64,000 nt of DNA from the NCBI RefSeq assembly GCF_036365525.1, contig NC_090376.1, positions 68,884,088 to 68,948,087 of the forward strand, read 5' to 3'. The position numbers and the translations under genes were made by a program. The DNA comes from Heterodontus francisci. Lineage: Eukaryota. Under the pieces are notes generated by a model. That model did not search any database and was not told the origin of the DNA. It worked only from the letters and a program-made list of their open reading frames with translations. Numbering within the stretch: the first letter of the stretch is position 1; each line of letters opens with the position of its first letter. This document shows positions 14,181 through 27,500 of the stretch, in pieces.

Positions 14181-16685
14181 AGGAAGGTGTCGTCAACAGT
14201 GCTATCAAGAAGCACTTTCTTAGGAATAACCCACGCACGGATGCTCAGTTTGGGTTCCATCAGGGCCACTCAGCTCCAGACCTCATTACAGCCTTGGTTC
14301 AAACATGGATAAAAGAGCTGAACTCCAGAAGTGCGGTGAGAGTGACTGCCCTTGACATTGCATTCCTCCCGCCTTGATCGTAACACTGTTAATTCAGTCC
14401 CACTACTCTACAGGTCACAACATATCAGTAAAGTTTCCCACCTACTAGAAAAATGGCTAAATCAATCACTTTATTTATCCCCAGAATAAAGCCAAACCAG
14501 GTTTCTTTAAACAAAATCAACTACTTATTAATAAACCAAGTTTTGAGCGATAATGAGATGAATCTTTAAGATTTTATAACTCCTTAATCTTCCTAACCCT
14601 CATGCACATACATACATTCAAAAATCAACTGTTAACCGGGGAAAATGGTTATATTGATTTTATAACAGTTTCTTAGGGATAATAAAATAACTGGGTTGTA
14701 ACTTCTGTTAGTATTTTTCCTGGATCGTTGAGGTGTCCCAAAGTCAAATGGTCAGATGCCACTCGATGTCTCTCCAGATGAAATTAATGAACAATCTATG
14801 GTGGGTAGGCGTTCAAGGTAGTTCTTTGCAGCAGACGCCACACAGATCTTTCAGCAACAGGTTGTAGCAGCAGGTCTATTTAAATTTCAAAGTAGCAGTC
14901 TAACAGGAGAAACTTTGAGTGTTCAGGAACTTCCAAAAACACAAAAGTCAACAGGACTTACTCTCAGCAAAGAAGCCTTCTCCACAGAAAACAGCAACTG
15001 CAGAACTCACTCTTCAAGCAGGGATTCTTGACTGGAGGAAACAGCAACCTGCCACATCCAAAACACAGGCTTCCTTTCCCCAAAGCAGTGTTTCTCCAGA
15101 GTACAGCAATTCCTCTTTTCTGAGAGTTTCTTCTTCTCTTCAAGCATAAACAGCAACAAGGGTTTTAGCTCCCGTACAGTAGATTTTCAACTCCTTCAAA
15201 GTTCTTTTAACTTCATGAAGAGATTAGAATTTTACTTGATACAGGAATTATTCTTCAAGAGAGAGTGTGTTTTCTGGGCTGTATTCCTGACCAGTTTTCA
15301 GCATTAACACTTTTTGCTCCTCACAGCTCCCCTGGTCACTTTTACACTGCTAAAAATGAACTGAAAGCCTTTTTAACAAACAATAAGTCACAAGACAATC
15401 GTAAAACCTTAAAGTTGCTTGGATATAAATTGCCCTGCAGCCAGCACTTCAAATACCACTAGTCTCTGCAGTCACTGCTCACAGAAAAATAGCAACAGGT
15501 CTTAAAGGCATACAGACCTCAGATTTTTTTTTTAAAAAAACAAAACACTTACGACAACATCAGGGCAGCATTTGACCAAGTATGGCATCAAGGAGCCCTA
15601 GCAAAACTGGAGTCAATGGGAATCAGGGGGAAAGCTCTCCACTGGTTGGAGTCATACCTAGCGCAAAGGAAGATGGCTGTGGTTGTTCAAGGTCAATCAT
15701 CTCGGCTCCAGGTCATCACTGCAGGAGTTCCTCAGGGTAGTGCCCTAGGCCCAACCATCTTCAGCTGCTTCATCAATGACCTTCCTTCAATCAGAAGGTC
15801 AGAAGTGGGGATGTTCGCTGATGATTGCGCAATGTTCAACAACATTCGCGACTCCTCAGATACTGAAGCAGTCCGTGTAGAAATGCAGCAAGACCTGGAC
15901 AATATCCAGGCTTGGGCTGATGAGTGGAAAGTAACATGCACACCATAAAAGTGCCAGGCAATGACCATCTCCCCTTGACATTCAATGGCATTACCATCGC
16001 TGAATCCCCCACTATCAACATCCTGGGCGTTATCATTGACAAGAAACTGAACTGGACCAGCCATATAAATACCGTGGCTACAAGAGCAGGTCAGCGGCTA
16101 GGAATCCTGCGGTGAGTAACTCACCTCCTGACTCCCCAAAGCATGTCCACCATCTACAAGGCACAAGTCAGGAATGTGATGGAATACTCTCCACTTGCCT
16201 GGATGGGTGCAGCTCCAACAACACTCAAGAAGCTCGACACCATCCAGGACAAAGCAGCCCACTTGATTGGCACCCCATCAAACATTCGCTCCCTCCACCA
16301 CTGACACACAGTGGCAGCAGTGTGTGCCATCTACAAGATGCACTGCAGCAATGCACCAAGGCTCCTTAGACAGTACCTTCCAAACCAGTGACTTCTACCA
16401 CCTAAAAGGACAAGGGCAGCAGATGCATGGGAACACCACCACCTGCAAGTTCCCCTGCAAGCCACACACCATCCTGACTTGGAATTATATCGCCGTTCCT
16501 TCATTGTCGCTGGATCAAAATCTTGGAACTCCCTTCCTAACAGCACTGTCGGTGTACCTGCCCCACATGGACTGCAGTAGTTCAAGAAGGCAGCTCACCA
16601 CCACCTTCTCAAGGGCAATTAAGGATGAGCAATAAATGCTGACCTAGCCAGCAACACCCACATCCCAGGAACTAATTTAAAAAAA
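14181..16685 (+). mobile_element. Jockey/CR1-group LINE (family uncertain) interrupted by a solo LTR
   Basis: QFGFHQGHSAPDL..VTALDI at 14.2-14.36 kb resumes after 15560 as AAFD..GVPQGSALGP..MFADD. The 3' tail is shared with the 17.4, 37.2 and 58.6 kb copies. Confidence 0.85.
14359..15556 (-). mobile_element. Gypsy-type solo LTR with ACAT target-site duplication
   Basis: TG...CA ends. ACAT at 14355-14358 and 15557-15560 splits the LINE's ALDI/AAFD motif. Homologous to the LTR at 42725-43702. Confidence 0.85.
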
Positions 16686-17139
16686 CGACTATTTGGATCC
16701 AAGTAAAACCAGATGGCTCATACTGAATAAAAACAATCACAGTAAGAGGGCTCCAGACTTCATGTTCAACATCTCCAAGTTTTAAACATTTTCAAGAAAT
16801 ATTAAGTTAAAATATAACTTTCCACTTACTAGAAGCACAAGTAAGTAACAATACTGTTAAGAGATCTCCTCAGCTCTTCTAACTCCAGCTCATGCTGGCA
16901 GCTTGATATTGCTCTTTCATTATTGGTGTGCCAAAAATATCGGAGTGATACCGGTGCAAAATATAAAGACAGAAAAGTGCCAGCTCCTTCTCAATCAGAA
17001 GAAAAATCCAATTAATTAAAAGAAACTGGAGCAAATATTACCTTTAATATTTCATAAAATGTGCCAAACTACTCCTAAGAACATTTGATATGTTAGACAG
17101 CATTCCCAGTTACATAATCCATTTAAGTATCAGTAAAAG

Positions 17140-17345
17140 ACCAAGGCTATCAGGTTGTGGTTATAGTAATGGACTAGAAACCGAAACATCTTTTGCGTTC
17201 AAATCCCACTATGGATAGCACCAGAAAAATGATGTAAAAACCCAACTCATCCACGAATGTCCTTCAGTAAAGGAAACTAATCACGTCAACCAAGTCTGGT
17301 CCGACACTACATGGTTGACTCAATGTTCCTTGAAGTGGCCTAACA
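17140..17345 (+). mobile_element. Degenerate tRNA-derived SINE
   Basis: B-box-like GTTCAAATCCC and SINE-like body. Heavily decayed. Confidence 0.45.
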
Positions 17346-17379
17346 AAAAGAAAATCATCACAAAACAATCTGTGAAGTT

Positions 17380-17905
17380 TTGCAGCAAACGATTCACCTA
17401 CTGAGTCCCAAAAGCCTGTCCACCATCTACAAGGCACAAGTCAAGAGTGTAATGGAACACTCCCCACTTGCCTGGATGAGTGCAGCTCCAGCAATACATA
17501 AGAAGCTCATCATCCGCAATAAAGCAGCTCGCCGCCATAAGTATTTGCTCCCTCCAACATCGGCACACCGTGGCTACAGCAAGTACTATTTTAAAGATGC
17601 ACTGCAGCAACTCGCCAAGGCTCCTTCGATATCTGCTTCCAAACCTACAAAAAATAAGGGCAGCAGACGCATTGGAAAATCACCACCTGCAAGCTCCCCT
17701 CCAAATCACACGATCCTGACTTGGAACTGTGTTGCCATTCCTTCATCGTCTCAAGGTCAAAACCATGAACTCCCTCATTAACAGCACTGTGGGTGTAGGC
17801 AGACCACATGGACTGCATCGGTTCAAGGCGGCAACTCACCAACACTTTAAAGGGCAATTAAGGATGGGCAATAAATGCTGGCCTTGCTAGCCGCACCCAC
17901 ATTCC
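17380..17905 (+). mobile_element. Jockey/CR1-group LINE 3' fragment
   Basis: LSTIYKAQVKSVMEHSPLAWM and the same 3' UTR as 16.1-16.68 kb. Confidence 0.85.
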
Positions 17906-19944
17906 ATGGATCAACCGGCAACTATTTAGGCATCAGATCAGTTCAAGACTCAGGCAAATCGAGTTCATTCAACCCTGCAAAGTCTTCAAGGACCAAACCT
18001 CTGATGTCAGGTTGGGAAAACACAGAATAATCAAGCAACAACCTGTTATAGCTATGATTCTGTGAGTACAACTATCAGCCAGCAATCTAGACTTCTCCAT
18101 CACCATCCCTAGGAATTGTCCTGTTCCACCAAAAGTGAGGACAGAGTGCTTCATTTATTCTGCATGTCAACTATGGGCTTCTGGCACAAGTATGGGAAAC
18201 ACAGAAAATAAATAACATATATGCTACGGAAAAATAAAAATGAGCTGTGCTACTCACTTAGCTAAACAGTAGTACAATTTTAAGATCATGCAAACTCTTC
18301 CAACAGAAAACACTACCTACAATTTCTTAATTATGGTGCAACATTTTCCTTTAGCAATGCCTTTAAAATTTTAACGTTTTATTTTTGTTTGCTTTATTTC
18401 TTTTTCTCTCCAACTTTTTTTTCATACTCCTTACCAAAGTATGATTCCAAAAACAGTTGCTCTCCAGTATTTTACACAGGATTAGATAGCTTGCCAGCAA
18501 TCTATCTGGTATCCACCTGAACCCAACCATGCCTTCGCCACACATGCATACCTATATACTTCCAGCTGGGGATCTTTGCTTTAGGAGCAGGAATCTAGGT
18601 ACTGCAGTAACTGTAGCCCAATCTGAACAATTTTCTTGGCACAAGCCAGACATTACCCGAGTCGTCAGGTATTTGCTCAGTTGCTTAATGATTATTTAAC
18701 TAAGTATACCTACTTGTCTTCTATTCTTCCAAATAATGATGTACTGCACCATTACATTTGCTTCTACTTGCCAGCCATTGGGCTACTCTTTTACCCGAAT
18801 CAGCTGCAAAACAATTAAAATTCTGTCAAGTTGCTTTACATAAGATTTTCAAGTATCTAATAATACGGACCTTCTACATCTATATACATTTGCAAAGGAA
18901 ATAGCACTTGGTAATATACACAGGTGAGTAACTTACACTGCACTAATAAGCATTAACCGTCATAATGGCGATATGAGAAACATCATTGTCCAGCAGGAAC
19001 AGAATGCAAATGCTACCATCAGCTCTCTTGCTGGATTACTGCCATCACTGGTTTCCGTATTCAAACTCAATGATCTAATGCCAACAGAATTATTAACCCT
19101 CATCAAATGTCCTCCAACATACTTTTTGGAAGAATGCAAGACAGATAACATTGCCAGTGATCAGAAACAACTGCCAGTAAATCATAATGTACTGCCCACT
19201 CAGTATTCTATTCAATCGTATCTTTGTGAATAAACATATTAAAAGTAAAGACATAAAACTTCCCCGATTCAAATTATGCAAAAACTCAATGAAACAGATT
19301 AGTAACTTGCATGGGTATTTTCTTCATTCACATTTGAAATTAATTGCGAATTGCTAACATTCTCATGTGCTTGACCCCTTGAAATAAGCAGTATTTTAAG
19401 TAAACATACATTAATTGTAAGGCAATCATCTATTATGAACTTAGTGATGAAGGCAATGGCATGGCAATGACAGCAACTTCATTGGCAAAAGCTCTTTTAG
19501 AGCAGAAAATTCATACTATATGGTGTATGCATATAGTGAATTCAACTCATAATGTTAACATTTGGCTGGCTGATTAATTCCCTCCCACAGGTCAACTGCA
19601 ACCCCAAACTGAAATCAGATAACTTAGCACAGAACAGGAAAAATCAAACTCCATGGCTGAGTCTTGCACCATGCAGTGATAATTCAATATTCCTACTGTC
19701 AATAGGGCTATACTTCCTTGACAGTTGTTAAGTAAACAGTTCATGTAGTTTTGCATTCTTTAAAAGGGAAGTTTATTTTTGCTGCAAAGTCAGTCAAGCA
19801 AATAAAATATCTACAAAATCACCTGGTACATTATTTTGCCAACATAGGGTTGTCACCAATTTAAACAACCTCTACTAAAATGATGTTCGACACTGAAAGA
19901 TGGCCAAAAAAGCTCATCACTAAAATTCAAGACTACATTGGACA

Positions 19945-21750
19945 ACTTATATTTATATCGTGCCTTTAAGGAGGCCCAAAAGAAGAAGAAAAGAAGAAGA
20001 ATAAAGCAAGCCACAAAAGGAGATATTAGGTCAGATGACTAAAAGCTTGGTCAAAGAGGTAGGTTTTAAGGAGTGTCTTAAAAGAGGAAAGTAAGGAGGA
20101 GAGGCGGAGAGGTTTAGGAAGGGTATTCCAGAGCTTAGGGCCTTGGCAACTGAAAGCAGCATCCCAATGATTGAGCGATTAAAATCAGAGATGCACAAGA
20201 GGCCAGAATTAAAGGAGCACAGATATCTTGTACAGTTGTGGGACTGGAGGAGATTACAGAGATGGGATGGGGCAAGGCCATGGAGGGATTTGAAAACAAG
20301 GATGAGAATCTTAAAATCATGAGGAAAAACTTTTCCCCACTGCGAGTGGTTATGATCTGGAATGCACTGCCTGCGAGTGTGATGGAGGCTGGTTCAATCG
20401 AGGCTTTCAAAAGGGAACTAGACATATCTGAAAAGGAAGAATGAGCAGTGTTTTAGGGAGAAGGCGACAGGAAGGGCATTGGTGAACTGCTTATTAGAAG
20501 AGCCAGTGCAGACACAATGGGCCAAATGGGCTCCTTCTGTGCTGCAATAATTCTCTGATTCTGTGAAGACTATGCTTGACTGGGAGCCAATGTAAGTCAA
20601 CAAGCACAGGAATGATAGGGGAATAGGACTTGGTGCAAATTGAAATACGGGCAGCAGAGTTTTGGATGACCTCAAGATTACGGAGAGTCGAATGTGGGAG
20701 ACCAGCCAGGAGTGCATTGGAATAGTCAAGTCTAGAGATAACAAAGGTGTGAGCGAGAGTTTCAGCAGCAGATGAGCTTAGACAGGGTCAATGTCGGGCA
20801 ATGTAAGGGAGGTGGAAATAGGCAATCTTAGTGATGGCATGAATAGGAAGTCAAAAGCTCATCTCAGGGTCAAACCCCAAGGGTGGAAATAGACCAGAAT
20901 AATCTCAGACAGTTGAAAAGGAGAGAAATGGAGTCGGTAGCTAGGGAACGGAGTTTGGATTGGGGACCAAAAACAATGGCTTCAGTCTTCCCAATATTTA
21001 ATTGGAGGAAATTTCTCCTCATCCAGTACTGGATGTCAGATAATTTAACAATGGAGTTATTAAGAGAAGTGGTGGTGAGGAACAGCTGAGTTGTCGTCTG
21101 CATACATGAGAAAACAAACACCATGCTTTTGGCTGATGCTGCTGAGGGGCAGCATGTAGACAAGAAATAGGAGGGGGCAAGGATAGATCCTTGAGGGGCA
21201 GAGCTAACTGTGCGGGAGCAGGAAGAAAAGCCACTGCAAGTGATTCGCTGGCTATGATTAGATAGATTAGAATGGAACCAGGTGAAATTAGTCCCACCCA
21301 GCTGGATGGTAGTGGAGAAGCGTTGGAGGAGGATGGTGTGCTCGACCATATCAAAAGCTGCAGACAGGTCAAGAAGGACAGGAGGGAAAGTTTATCTTTG
21401 TCACAGTCACACAGGATGTCATTTGTGACTTTGATAAGAGCTGTTTCAGTACTGTGGCAGGGTGGAAACCTGATTGGAGGGATTCAAACATTAAGTTCCG
21501 GAAAAGATGGGAAGGGATTTGGAAGGAGACAACACAGGCGTGAACTTTGAAGAGGAAAAGGAGGTTGAAGTTGGGATGGTAGTTTGCAAGGGCTGTGGTC
21601 AAGGGTTGCGTTGTTTTTTTTGAGAGGGGTGATGATGGCATATTGAAAGGAGAGGGGGACAACGTGTAGAGAGAAAACCATTTACAATATCGGCCAACAT
21701 GGAGACCAGAAGGAAGAGTTAGTGATCAGCAGTTTAGTGGGAATAGGAAA
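19945..21750 (-). mobile_element. L2 LINE, degenerate
   Basis: FESLQSGF, PQGSIL and QLNIGKTEAIVFG motifs, with an L2-like 3' tail at about 19945. Confidence 0.85.
20320..20565 (+). mobile_element. CR1 3' tail nested in the L2
   Basis: RVVMIWNALPASVMEAGSIEAFKRELD followed by GGGCCAAATGG...GATTCTGTGA, in the opposite orientation to the host L2. Confidence 0.8.
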
Positions 21751-23394
21751 TAAGTAGACAAAGAAAAATAGGTTCAAGGGATATGGGAACAGGGTGGGTA
21801 AATATGATCTGAACTACTTGCTTGCGTGGTCGGTCCACACTGACAGAATGCTTGGGCCAAAACAGCTGGACTGCACTTTGCAAGTATATATTTTTCTGAC
21901 TCATTTTATAATGCCTGCTATCTCTGAAAGCCTCCTAACCTTAAGGAAACCCTCCAATTGTACTGCATTTATTTAGCATTTCCTCACTTTTCCATTATAT
22001 TCTATTGAAAAAGCCTATTAAAGGACTGGACTTTTGCTGCTGCTCAGTTACCTACTCTTACGACAGCCTTCACTGAACTGCAACCTTTGTCTACCATTCA
22101 CTATACACAAAGCTGATTAACTGCATTAGCTACACAAACTAAGTGACAATTTTAAAATAATCCAAGAATTCAGATTAGTTTTCAATAGATATTTCCAGTA
22201 TCTTACTTAATTCTATCTCTACACCTGTTGTAGTCTATGATGAGTTTAATACGTTGGAGAGATATTAAAATGTGTATGGACACTAGAATGAACATGATTC
22301 ATGGTAGCTTTCCAGCCTCAACTCCTTTTAACAAATTACCTCAGACTATATTGGTCTACTGTCACTAGTTTAACTGTTAAGTCTCCCATCGAGGAGCAAT
22401 ACCACCACAAACTGCACTGGCATCATTTCTACAAACAAAAAACAGAAACAAAGACTTCCATCAATGTAATGTTTTATATAGATAAAAATGCACTCCTACA
22501 AGATATAACAACTCTATCCTCAAGGACAGGATGGAAATTGCTGCAGATCTTCATTTGGACCCAAAAAAGAATTGTTTACCCTTCAGATTTTAGGCAAACA
22601 AAAGTGGTCATATAGAATGCGGTATAAATTCAACTGTTCCTAGAAAATTGATACTTTTATTAAACTGAAGTACTATTTCTACCCAGAAATTCAGTAACTC
22701 CAAACAAAAATACTTATCTTATTGTGCTATTATCTCAGCTTGCACTCTGCGCACAACTTCCTTTTAGCCCTCAAGGCTCTGAGAGTCATTTTTTACACTT
22801 CAAGATATTCACTATTGAAGGCACCTCATGAACCATGAAAAGCTCAGATTCCAATGTACATACTACAGTTATAGTTAGGTTGGTATGAACAATTAATGTA
22901 ATACAATGCTACAATATCTTGGTTCTAAATTATATTTATACAGAATTTCAGTAGTTTAAATTGCATTTGTTTTTGAAACACTGGTATATGCAACTAACTA
23001 ACTCTACTTTTTAAAATGTTTCTATTGTTACTACATTTTAAAAATCTTTTTGCAACTTTATGACTGCCACATAAGCATCAACATTGCTCATAAGGCATAG
23101 ATTGTTGATCTCTTCATTGAATGTATCAAAAAATAATATGCAACAGTAAAAATGGCTCCATGCTCCTATAAACTTACTTAAACCTCCAGTTACCTGCCAG
23201 ACTATACATGCTACTTCCGAACCGAAGCAAAGTGAGCACTGCAGCGCAGAATCTGCTCCTGGGCCAATGTCTTTTTGTATCGGTATGGAGATCAAATGGC
23301 CCAGTTCAGTCACGTTAAACTGTAAATTTAGCACACCATTTATTCTGGTACAGAATACTGTTAATTCTTTTCACATATAAGGCACATCCTTTCA

Positions 23395-24075
23395 ACAACT
23401 TGCAATTATTTAGCACTTTTAACATAGTAAAACCTTCCAGGGCGCTTCATAGAAGTGTCATCAGACAAAATCTGACACCAAACAACATAAGGAGATATTA
23501 GGACAGGTAACCAAAAGCTTGAGGTCAAAGAAGTTGGTTTTAAGGAGTATCTTACTGGAACAGAGGAGGATAGAGGCAGAGAAGCTTAGAGAATGAATGA
23601 GTTTAGGGTCTAGACAGCTGAAGGCAGGGCAGCCAATGGCGAGATAAAGGAAATTATAGATACACATGACAACAGAATTGGAGGAACAGAGTTCTTGATG
23701 GGTTGTAGAGTTTCAGGAGGTCACAGAGATAGGGAGGAGCAAGACCAAGAAGGGATTATAACATAAGAATGAGAATTCTTTTTTTTTTAAATCACGCTGC
23801 TGAACAATACAGGTCAGCGAGCACAGGAGACAGGGGTGAACAGAACTTGGTGTGAGTCAGAATACAGGCAACAGAGTTTTAGATAAGCTCAAGTTTACGG
23901 ATTGTAGGAGGCCGACTAAAATAGCATTGAAATAGTTAAATCTGGAGGTAACAAAAGCATAGGTGAGAGTTTCAGCAGATGCGCTAAGGCGGGGTGGAGA
24001 TGGGTTACATTACAGAGTAGAAAATAGGCGGTCTTGGTGATGGTGAGTATAGGGGGTTGGAAGCTCATATTCAAC
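23395..24075 (-). mobile_element. L2 LINE 3' fragment
   Basis: Homologous to 19945-20870 (AAGGAGATATTAGG...AAAAGCTTG...GGTTTTAAGGAG). Confidence 0.8.
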
Positions 24076-24294
24076 CTCTTCTGGTTTTAAGCATCAGGTC
24101 TCCCCATGCACAGGTGATTTCCACCCACCCCCCCCCAACCCGAGGCTGCCTAACTCCAGCAGCCCCAATACAATATCAAACTCCAGGCCAGCAATCTCAG
24201 TCTGCCACACCCCAGGGACCAACCCCATTGTTACTTAAACAGCCGAAGGCAGGGCAACCAATGGCGAGATAAAGGAAACTGTACATACACAAGA

Positions 24295-26831
24295 AAACAA
24301 TGTAGAAAATCATCTGTTGTTCGCGGCATTTCTCCTGTATCTGACGAAGGGAGAACAGCATGTCAACGGTCGATCTCACTGCACGCAAGCCACACTGTGC
24401 CTCAGGGTAGACGCGCTCGGCCAGCTTCTGGAGCCGGTTTAGAGCGACTCGAGCAAAAACTTTGCCCACTATGCTGAGCAGGGAGATTCCACCTTAGTTG
24501 TTGCAGTCACCTCGGTTACCTTTGTTTTTGTAGAGGGTGATGATATTGGCATCGCGCATGTCCTGAGAACTGCTGCCTCGTCCCAGCACAGGCATAGCAG
24601 TTCATGTAGTGCTGAGAGTATAGCAGGCTTGGCACTCTTGATTATTTCAGGGGTAATGCTGTCCTTCCCAGTGGCTTTACCACTGGCTAGAGAATCAATG
24701 GCATCACCGAGTTCCGATTTGGTCGGCTGTATGTCCAGCTCATCCATAACTGGTAGAGGCTGGGCTGCATTGAGGGCAGTCTCAGTGACAACATTCTCCC
24801 TGGAGTACAGTTCTTGGTAGTGCTCAACCCAGCGGTCCATTTGTTTGCGTTGGTCAGTGATTATGTCCCCTGATTTAGATTTGAGGGGGGCGATCTTCTT
24901 GATGGTTGGCCCAAGAGCTCTCTTAATGCTATCATACATTCCTCTGATGTTTCCGGTGTCTGAGGCCAGCTGAATATGACTGCATAGGTGTTGCCAGTAG
25001 TCGTTTGCGCAGCGCCTGGCTGTTCTTTGTGCAGTGCTTCTGGCTGCTTTAAGTGCTACGGATGTTAACTCGCTGGGGGCTTTCTTGTAGTTCAACAGTG
25101 CAATGCGCTTAGCGGCTGTGACAGGTTCCAGCTCTTCATTATGAGGTTGAAACCAGTCTGCATTTCTCCTCGCACTTTTGCCGTAGGTGGTCAAAGCTGA
25201 CTCATAGATGGCGTCTCTGATGTGGGCCCACTTGGTCTCAGCATCCCCTGTGGGAGTGTTTTGAAGGGCTGACACAAGTGAATTTAGAAATTTTTGTAAC
25301 AGCTGTGGGTGAGAAATTCTGCTCGTGTTGATGCGCGGGTGGCCCTTCTGCTTGGAATGATGCAACACCTTTGGTCTGAGTCTAACCTTGCTGCACACCA
25401 GGGAGTGGTCGGTGTCGCAGTCCGCCCTGTGGAAGTTGCGTGTGATTTGAACACTGTTTAAGGCGGCTCACCTTGTGACAATGAGGTCTAGCTGGTGCCA
25501 ACGACGCGATCTTGGGTGCCCAGCAGACGTGGTCTCTTCAGACTACTAGAAAAGATTTGATGTCCACCAAAGCTACTAAGTATCATCACCTCATTCCATG
25601 ACAATATGAAAGGCACAATTCAACATGGTGGCTCCTCATCAGACCCCTTTCCTATCCTGAGTGGCGTGAAACAGGGCTGTGTTCTCGCACCCACACTTTT
25701 TGGGATTTTCTTCTCCCTACTGCTTTCACATGCGTTCAAGTCCTCGGAAGAAGGAATGTTCCTCCACACAAGATCAGGGGGCAGGTTGTTCAACCTTGCC
25801 CGTCTAAGAGCGAAGTCCAAAGTACGGAAAGTCCTCATCAGGGAACTCCTCTTTGCTGACGATGCTGCTTTAACATCTCACACTGAAGAGTGCCTGCAGA
25901 GTCTCATCGACAGATTTGCGGCTGCCTGCAATGAATTTGGCCTAAACATCAGCCTCAAGAAAACGAACATCATGGGGCAGGACGTCAGAAATGCTCCATC
26001 CATCAATATTGGCGACCACGCTCTGGAAGTGGTTCAAGAGTTCACCTACCTAGGCTCAACTATCACCAGTAACCTGTCTCTAGATGCAGAAATCAACAAG
26101 CGCATGGGTAAGGCTTCCACTGCTATGTCCAGACTGGCCAAGAGAGTGTGGGAAAATGGCGCACTGACACGGAACACAAAAGTCCGAGTGTATCAAGCCT
26201 GTGTCCTCAGCATCTTGCTCTATGGCAGCGAGGCCTGGACAACGTATGTCAGCCAAGAGCGACGTCTCAATTCATTCCATCTTTGCTGCTTCCAGAGAAT
26301 ACTTGGCATCAGGTGGCAGGACCGTATCTCCAACACAGAAGTCCTCGAGGCGGCCAACATCCCCAGCTTATACACACTACTGAGTCAGTGGCGCTTGAGA
26401 TGGCTTGACCATGTGAGCCGCATGGAAGATGGCAGGATCCCCAAGGACACATTGTACAGCGAGCTCGCCACTGGTATCAGACCCATCGGCCGTCCATGTC
26501 TCCGCTTTAAAGACGTCTGCAAACGCGACATGAAATCCTGTGACATTGATCACAAGTCGTGGGAGTCAGTTGCCAGCGTTCGCCAGAGCTGGCGGACAGC
26601 CATAAAGGTGGGGCTAAAGTGTGGCGAGTTGGAGACTTAGCAGTTGGCAGGAAAAAAGACAGAGGTGCAAGGCAAGAGCCAACTGTGTAACAGCCCCGAC
26701 AAACAAATTTTTCTGCAGCACCTGTGGAAGAGTCTGTCACTCTAGAATTGGCCTTTATAGCCACTCCAGGCACTGCTCCACACACCACTGACCACCTTCA
26801 GGCGCTTACCCATTGTCTCTCGAGATAATAG
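24295..26831 (+). mobile_element. RTE (BovB-like) LINE with inverted 5' part and 12-bp TSD
   Basis: The minus-strand part (24295-25520) encodes the endonuclease tail, linker and RT start. The plus-strand part (25521-26831) encodes GVKQGCVLAPTLF and LLFADD and carries the 3' end. TSD ACATACACAAGA at 24283-24294 and 26832-26843. Confidence 0.93.
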
Positions 26832-27334
26832 ACATACACAAGACAACAGAATTGGAAGAACAGAGTTCTTGATGGGTTGTAAAGTTTCAGGAGATCACAG
26901 AGATAGGGAGGAGCAAGGCCAAGAAGGGATTTTAACATAAGAATGAGAATTCTTTTTATCAAAAATCATGCTGCTGAACAATACAGTTAAACCCTATTCC
27001 CCCTCCCAGTACTGCTGCACATCCAATTGATGCATTTTACATATCATCTGGATGTGTATTCTCAGCTCTAAAAATGTTAGCGATAAATGTTAAATGCAGA
27101 AGTCATTTTTTATATTTTTTCCCACACAATTTTCACAGAATTATATAGCTGTGAAATTGAATCCTGAAAGCACTATTAAAATCTAAGTAAAAAAAATTAT
27201 TAAAATGATCACTGCAAATCTGTAGCAGCAATGTTATACGCTGCATTGCATAAAAACATCCCTATAGTTATAAAACAGCAAAGCTACTGACTTGCTTTCA
27301 CACAAAAAGTAGTGCGAATTTAGAACTGGTTCCC

Positions 27335-27500
27335 CCAAAACATTGCAGATGCTGGGTCAATTGAAATTTTCAAGACTGCGATTGATAAGATTTTTGTTAG
27401 GTAAGGGTATCAAGGCATATGAAACAGAGGTGGGTAAAAGGAGTTGAGGTACATATCAGCGATGACTAACCTAATAGCAGAATAGCCTACTCTATTCTTG
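27335..27500 (+). mobile_element. Decayed CR1 3' tail
   Basis: Resembles the CR1 3' end at about 36240-36430 (GGGTCAATTGAAATTTTCAAG...GAGTTGAGG). Confidence 0.5.

Noticed and set aside
23038-23334. Possible MAP4K4 exon 3 (AYVAVIKLQ resembles a kinase VAIK motif)
   Set aside because: It does not match the highly conserved GRHVKTGQLAAIKVMDVTE, whereas exons 1-2 are almost invariant.
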